Assembly: GCA_963827235.1 (NCBI GenBank)
Contig: CAWHAE010000016.1
Span: forward strand, 160,001-224,000
Reading direction: 5' to 3'
Length of the DNA stretch: 64,000 bases
DNA from: an uncultured bacterium
GTDB lineage: Bacteria; Chloroflexota; UBA5177; JANWHV01
Under the pieces are notes generated by a model. It made no database searches. It had not been told where the DNA came from and saw only the letters and a list, made by a program, of their open reading frames with translations. Every line of letters starts with the position of its first letter. Position 1 is the first letter of the stretch. A program made the translations under genes and the position numbers. Below are positions 58,685 to 64,000 of the stretch, piece by piece.

Positions 58685-59122
58685 ATGGGAAGTGGCCGTC
58701 TGGCACTTCAAGGACTGGTCGTTGGGTTGGTGTTGGCACTTGCCCTGGGAGGGCCGGTGGCCGCATGCAGCCTCGATGGCGTGCCTTCCCTGTCTGTGAA
58801 CAACACGCTCGTACGCTCCATGACTGCCAAGCCCAGCCGGGCCGACATAGCTATCTGGGCGCCGTTCACCGTGCCGGCGGCCATCCCTGCCGGCCGGCCC
58901 GTGCGCTTTAGCGAACGGCTGTCGGAACTGAAACGCTCACTGCCCCCACTGGCATTCGCCTATCCCTGGCGCTGGCAGTTCGGTGACGGTGCGACGGCGA
59001 CCGGCAACACGGTCACCCACACGTACCGCCGGCCGGGCCTGTACCGCGTGACCGTCTGGGCAGACTATCGCGCGGAGCAGTTCTGGTACGAGTTCGACGC
59101 GGCTATGATCCACATCCGCTAG
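58685..59122 (+). CDS. Secreted PKD-domain protein
   Basis: Signal peptide; WQFGDGATATGNTVTHTYRRPGLYRVTV PKD motif. Confidence 0.85.
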   Translation: MGSGRLALQGLVVGLVLALALGGPVAACSLDGVPSLSVNNTLVRSMTAKPSRADIAIWAPFTVPAAIPAGRPVRFSERLSELKRSLPPLAFAYPWRWQFGDGATATGNTVTHTYRRPGLYRVTVWADYRAEQFWYEFDAAMIHIR

Positions 59123-59259
59123 CCTCGGCTTCACACCGCTCGCTGCGGCCGGCGCCTGGGGCACCGCACCACGAGTGCAATATGGGCTTTCTGCTCGAAG
59201 CAAGAGCGGCGGCCCGTGGTCACAAGGTCTGTGTCACGCGAGCTGGCAGCGCAGTAAGC

Positions 59260-61155
59260 TCACGCACCAGCGCGCAGAGTATATGCAGCGGAGACGGTAG
59301 TCAGCGGCGCCAGGGGCGAGACGGCCATCACAACCCGCTTGCTGCCGGCCGGGATACGCAGGCTGCCCTGCCCATCCGCACCCACCATCATCGGCTCCAC
59401 CGAGATGCGGCCCGGACCATAGACGATCGCCTGCACGACCCACTGCTCCGCAAGCGTATTGATCGCGTTGACCCAGCCGGACGTCTGCCAGGCAGTGCCC
59501 GCTGCGACGCCGTCGAAGCCGATCTGTGGAATCTGCACGTGGGCTATCGCGACACCCTGCAGGTTCAACTCGTCGTCGGTGACCTGCTCGAACCGGAGTT
59601 TTATCTGCTTGCCGACGTAGGCAGAAAGGTCGACATGTTCGTCGAGCCAGCAGTGCTGCGCCGCGCTGGCGCGGTTGCAGCTCGAGCCCGTGTAGCCGTT
59701 GCCCAGGTTCGCGCCGTTGGGATCGCTGTTCGTCGTATATGGTGTACGCTGCGCCTGCCAGGTCTTGCCGCCGTCCGTCGAGACTTCCACGTAGCCGTAG
59801 TCGTAGTCCTTCTCGAGCTCGTACCAGATCTGATACTGGAGCACCGGATGGGCGACGTGCCGCAGATCGAGCATCGGGGAGGTCAGGGTATCGTCCACGC
59901 TATCGCCCCGATTGCTCCACCAGAACGCGGGTCCCGGTGGCACCGTGCTCAGCAGCGGCACGGTCGGCTGACCGGCGAAGCTGAGAGTCAGCGCCTTGCC
60001 GTCCGTACGCGGAATGTCGACGTAGTTGGCCGCGTACTGGTGCATGGAGCTTGTCAACGAGAAACGTACCGTCTGCGTGCTGGTCGAAATCGCGCGTACC
60101 TGGGTGTGCCTGTAGCCATAGCGGCCGCCGTCGATCGCCGGGTCGTTGACGAAGTTGGCCACCACCCAGTCGGCGAACATCTGGTCCGCCGTCTCGTGAC
60201 TGCCCAGCTTCGACAACAGGTCGCTGAAGAGTTGCATGCCGCTGAGCCGGTTATCCGCCAGTTCCAGCCGCGTGGCACGGTCACCGCCGAAGTGCTCGTA
60301 GTAGTAGAGCATCCACATGAAGCCATTGCCGTAGCCGATGCTGCTGTTCGGGTCCCAGACATCCAGCTGCGCGTCGGGTTGTTGCGCTTTGCCGGCGTCC
60401 CAGCCAGTCGCACCGTAGCGATTGAGCACCTGAGCCAGGACCGAGCTGCCCTCGTTGATCCAGGCTTCGTCCATGGGGTGCAGATGAGCGTGCAACACGT
60501 GCTGGAACTCGTGTGCCACTGTCGAATCATAGCTTGCCGTACCGGGCTGCAGGGCGCCCAGGTCGAGATAGAGAATCTTCCGCTGGTTACTGAACGGGGA
60601 TGCCGCGTGCGGAAACAGATCCTCCAGCGAGACGTAGCCGATGGCGCCGCCGCCCTGCAGCAGGCAGTTCAGAATCGTGATATGCGTGTCGTTGTCCACG
60701 CCCGGAATCCAGGCCGGCCCGAACGCGGCGATGTCCGTGGGATAGATATGCTGCTCAAAAGTCGCCGCCGAGCGTGCCAGGGATTGAAGCCCGAGCTTGA
60801 TACCGCTCTGCACGTAGAAGTAGGCGTGTGCGGTCTTGTAGGCCAGGCGCGCCGCGATCAGCGATTCGCCACTGCCGGTAGAGACGTAAAAGTGGTCGAC
60901 CCGCCCGACCGGGTAGTCGGTCGGATGCAGGTTGACGATGGGGTCGATCGGTGTCGTGGAATGGAGCTTCAGCCGCTCGGCAAGCGCAAGGAGGTCGCGG
61001 CTGGGGTTGGGCGTGGTCGCCAGGAGCTGCGTGAAAGCTGCCACCCGCGCCGAGGGCATGGCCGGTGCAGCCGCGCGTGCGGGGAGCGCCAGGGTTCCGA
61101 GAAGCGCCAGCGACACCACGAGGCGCCACAAGCGCGCCATCCTTCGTGTGGCCAA
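59260..61155 (-). CDS. Secreted zinc metallopeptidase, immune inhibitor A (M6/M30-like)
   Basis: Signal peptide; TVAHEFQH, WINEGSS, WWSNRGD, WYELEKDYDYGYVEVSTDGGKTW, DLSAYVGK. Confidence 0.88.
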   Translation of the reverse strand: MATRRMARLWRLVVSLALLGTLALPARAAAPAMPSARVAAFTQLLATTPNPSRDLLALAERLKLHSTTPIDPIVNLHPTDYPVGRVDHFYVSTGSGESLIAARLAYKTAHAYFYVQSGIKLGLQSLARSAATFEQHIYPTDIAAFGPAWIPGVDNDTHITILNCLLQGGGAIGYVSLEDLFPHAASPFSNQRKILYLDLGALQPGTASYDSTVAHEFQHVLHAHLHPMDEAWINEGSSVLAQVLNRYGATGWDAGKAQQPDAQLDVWDPNSSIGYGNGFMWMLYYYEHFGGDRATRLELADNRLSGMQLFSDLLSKLGSHETADQMFADWVVANFVNDPAIDGGRYGYRHTQVRAISTSTQTVRFSLTSSMHQYAANYVDIPRTDGKALTLSFAGQPTVPLLSTVPPGPAFWWSNRGDSVDDTLTSPMLDLRHVAHPVLQYQIWYELEKDYDYGYVEVSTDGGKTWQAQRTPYTTNSDPNGANLGNGYTGSSCNRASAAQHCWLDEHVDLSAYVGKQIKLRFEQVTDDELNLQGVAIAHVQIPQIGFDGVAAGTAWQTSGWVNAINTLAEQWVVQAIVYGPGRISVEPMMVGADGQGSLRIPAGSKRVVMAVSPLAPLTTVSAAYTLRAGA

Positions 61156-61480
61156 TACCGCGATCCTCCAGTCGGTAGGACAAGGGGCACGCTGATCGGA
61201 TTGTACCAGTGACGCCAGACGCCGCGAAACAACCTGACATCAGCCCACCGCCTCGGGCAGGCGAGGAGTGCCCTCGCGCGTCTGTGCCGGTCACGCGGTC
61301 GACGAGTGCAGCTGAAGCACCCCCTGCACCGACAGTTATTGCACAGCCGGCGCGGAGTGCTTGTAGGGTAGCGTGCCGCTTCCTGCACTGGGCACAAGTG
61401 CCGCCTTCAGCTCGTCGCGGCCGCGGGAACGTGTAGCCAGGACGACAGCGATCGTGAAGGAGCGAAGGGTGCCAGCACAG

Positions 61481-61699
61481 ATGCGTGCGGCACGCTTGGC
61501 GCCGGTTCTGCTGGCATTCCTCCCGGCCGCAGTGCCGGTACGCACGGTCCAGGCGTGCAGCCTCGATGGCATCGCGTCCCTCTCGGTGAACGGCCCCATG
61601 GCCTCGCTCACCACGGGCAGACCGACTGCGTCCACGCTCTCCCAACGGTGCAGGTGGATTGGCGTGTGCTGCGGCACGAATGACGACAAACACGAATAA
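61481..61699 (+). pseudogene. Truncated paralog of the 58685 PKD protein
   Basis: Signal peptide then ACSLDGIASLSVNG versus ACSLDGVPSLSVNN; stops before the PKD domain. Confidence 0.65.
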
Positions 61700-61967
61700 G
61701 CGAATGTTCTGCGCGGCATCCAGTGCATCAGCAGGTCACCGCTGCGGAAGCGCTCACCTCCCACGCGCGCTCTGACCGCTCGGTACACGGCAAGCAGCGT
61801 ACTCCTGAATGCCACGTGTGATCCCGCTGACCACGGTGGTCGTATTAGGGCTGTGATCACCCCATAGAGCACAAGAAGGGTCAACAGTAATGAGCCTGAG
61901 CAACCATCGCGTTACAGCCGCATCCGGAAGCATTGCGAACCATACGGCTAGGGAAATGAGGACACCC

Positions 61968-62507
61968 ATGCGTAACGAACCACGGCAGCATAGTTTCTCA
62001 CTCATCCTGGCCACGCTGCTGGTGCTGGCCACGGCGTTTGTCGGAATCACTCCCATGGTTGCGGGCCGTGCGCTCGCTCGTGTACAGATCAAGGCAGGGA
62101 CCGGCATCTCCGGCGGATTCTCGGCAACGATCTACCAGGGGCCGGACAAAGGCATGACGCTCGTGGGTGAGCTGGAGTTAACCGCCAGCAGCAGCGGTCG
62201 GCTTACCGGGAAGTTGGTACGCAACTCGGGCACGTCTCTGCCGGTAAGCGGCCAGCTGACCGGGCTGGCGATCAGTCTGGTCTTCTACCTGCCAGGCGGC
62301 AAGCACATCTTTGGCGTCGGCACCTTTGGGCAAGATCCAACGAGCAAGCAGTGGGCTGTCGGTGGTCCGCTCGTTGGTCCCGGCAAGGGGGATAGCGGTG
62401 ACTGGGACGTCTGTCTCCGCTGCACCACGACGACAAACGGCGGCATCGCGAAGTGCGTTCCCATTGCGTGCCCGCCGACGATAGGCATCTCCCCTCCTGT
62501 ACAGTAG
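61968..62507 (+). CDS. Secreted Gly-rich beta protein with Cys-rich tail
   Basis: GAGG RBS, signal peptide, FSATIYQGPD.G..L.G, C-terminal CLRC...CVPIACPP. Confidence 0.7.
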   Translation: MRNEPRQHSFSLILATLLVLATAFVGITPMVAGRALARVQIKAGTGISGGFSATIYQGPDKGMTLVGELELTASSSGRLTGKLVRNSGTSLPVSGQLTGLAISLVFYLPGGKHIFGVGTFGQDPTSKQWAVGGPLVGPGKGDSGDWDVCLRCTTTTNGGIAKCVPIACPPTIGISPPVQ

Positions 62508-62631
62508 GTGATCCCGATGCTCTCGCGCGCGTAGCAGCGGCTTCGCGCGCGAGAGCATCGTCCACCCAGGAGCAAAAGCAGGCGGCCGACTTTGCTGTGC
62601 GTCGCCGCCCTCGCAACTGGCTGCAACTCTG

Positions 62632-62845
62632 GTGATCTCGGAACGCCGGGAACACGTAGCCCTGCTCGCGGCGCGCCTGACTGTGTATGCCAAGCATGTC
62701 GTCGTTCTTCAGGGTGGCATGAGCACTGGGCAGCGGCGCGAGGCCGCCGAGTCGCTGGCCACCATTGCCGAGGATGAAAAACAGGTGCTGGTCGCTACAA
62801 GACGCTACCTTGGCGAAGGTTTCACTGATACCCGGACACTGCGAG
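62632..62845 (+). pseudogene. SF2 helicase C-terminal domain fragment
   Basis: SERREHV..L, VVLQGGMS..QRR, VLVAT.RYLGEGF.D. Confidence 0.65.
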
Positions 62846-63726
62846 ACTCGCCAGCGGCCTCTGGCAGACGGGAGTTCGCCTGCCAGGAAGTCGCTCTGCC
62901 GGCCGCCGAGGTTGTTGAGCGCGTTCGTGCTGCCAGCGGTGAAGGCGTCGTCCGGAGTGATGGCGCCAAGGAGTTGCCTCTTCTGCTGGAGATCCATCTG
63001 TGCCCAAGTCTCTTCGGAGGTGTCGACTGTAGCACACTTGTGCTTGTCGGCAAGCTGCTGGGCCACCTCAGTCTGGAGAGAGCCGGTTGGTTATTCCTTG
63101 GCCATCTTGTGCCGCCCGTGTGCCGGCCGGGGTACTCCCGGTGATAGTTGCTACAAAGATCTGGTCCTGGGCAGCGGTCGCGCCAGCAGGTACCGGTCTG
63201 CCGAACGGCGGCGCCCCGGTGTGACAAGCACCACGACGACACATGCCGGGGCCAGAATCCATCCGCCTTTTGTGCTCGGGCTCGTGGCTCAAGCCTGCAT
63301 CGACTGGTTCGCGCAATAGCCGTGTCGACTTCGCTATCATCCTGGCGCGGCAGCGGCTACGGCGGCGGTGAGGTGTGATCGTGCCCGCAGCAGGTCGGGC
63401 GTGAAAGGCGGGCGGGCAGGCAGAACAAGGCAGGCCAAAGGCACGCAAGCCTCCTGGGGTACGCAAGACATCACTTACAGATCGGCAATCGGGCGGCAAC
63501 ACTCCTGCCCTACGATCCTACCGTGCGGCGACGATGGCGCGGCTGCGGCCTCCAGGGTGAGGGGCAGGGCAGTTCGCGAGGCACAGGACGCGACCAGAGA
63601 GGCAACGGACCAGCGGGACCTCAGAGCACGTTGTTGGAGACGAAGGTGGAATCGTGGCCCGACCGGCCTTCGCGGCGGTGCCAGTTTCCAAAACACGGCT
63701 TCGCGACAAGGGAAGGAGACTGCAAC

Positions 63727-64000
63727 ATGGCATTGCACACGATCAGCGCGGCGTGTTCGTGCATTCCCCCCGTGGGAACGGGAGTCCGACCGCAGTGGGC
63801 CCGACTGCTGCTTGCGAGCCTGATCGCGCTCAGTTCCTGCGGCGTCGGCGTTGCGTCGGCCGCGCCGACCACGCGCGCTCAGGTCATACGACAGATGGCG
63901 CCGATTCCGGCGGATCTCCTGTGGGCACGCCGCTTGGTCGCCGAAGTGGCGCCCCCTGACAACGTCTACGTCACGGACACTACCATCGTGCGCTGGGCAG
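63727..64000 (+). CDS. Putative exported protein, runs off the window end
   Basis: GGAAGGAG RBS, ATG 63727, open to 64000; hydrophobic LLLASLIALSSCGVGVASA segment. Confidence 0.55.
   Translation, partial: MALHTISAACSCIPPVGTGVRPQWARLLLASLIALSSCGVGVASAAPTTRAQVIRQMAPIPADLLWARRLVAEVAPPDNVYVTDTTIVRWA

Noticed and set aside
59182-61212. 676-aa plus-strand ORF, and many similar long antisense ORFs
   Set aside because: These are shadow ORFs of real genes caused by high-GC codon bias, with no motifs
1-64000. CRISPR array, rRNA, tmRNA, RNase P, SRP RNA, prophage or intact integrase
   Set aside because: No regularly spaced repeats or signature sequences were found by eye

Overview
High-GC bacterial chromosome segment. 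The gene repertoire (NBR1/FW Ig-like domains, an immune-inhibitor-A-like peptidase, DUF5719-like secreted proteins) suggests a monoderm such as Chloroflexota; this is an inference. About 1-35 kb is mostly housekeeping: ybeY (partial), dgkA, lysS, galU, pepF, recF, dnaN, hemC, ppc, tgt, acylphosphatase, ugd, uvrA and mnmG, mixed with secreted or envelope proteins and several small Cys-rich proteins. About 35-47.5 kb is a divergent sugar-catabolic regulon: SorC-type regulator, CUT1 ABC transporter, split transketolase, FGGY kinase, nucleoside-hydrolase homolog, DUF4038/apiosidase-like hydrolase and fucose-isomerase-family isomerase. It looks like an apiose/apioside utilisation system with an unexpected nucleoside hydrolase. 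tRNA-Asp(GUC) at 47965-48041 is followed by an accessory zone rich in pseudogenes (frameshifted peptide-binding protein, transposase, resolvase, UroD-family and helicase fragments) and secreted proteins. Other highlights: an intact glutamate dehydrogenase homolog that has lost all three active-site lysines, a long structured leader next to the RBS of a Zn-ribbon microprotein, and an 18-bp perfect palindrome inserted in frame into a resolvase. All family calls come from motif recognition by eye; no searches were run.
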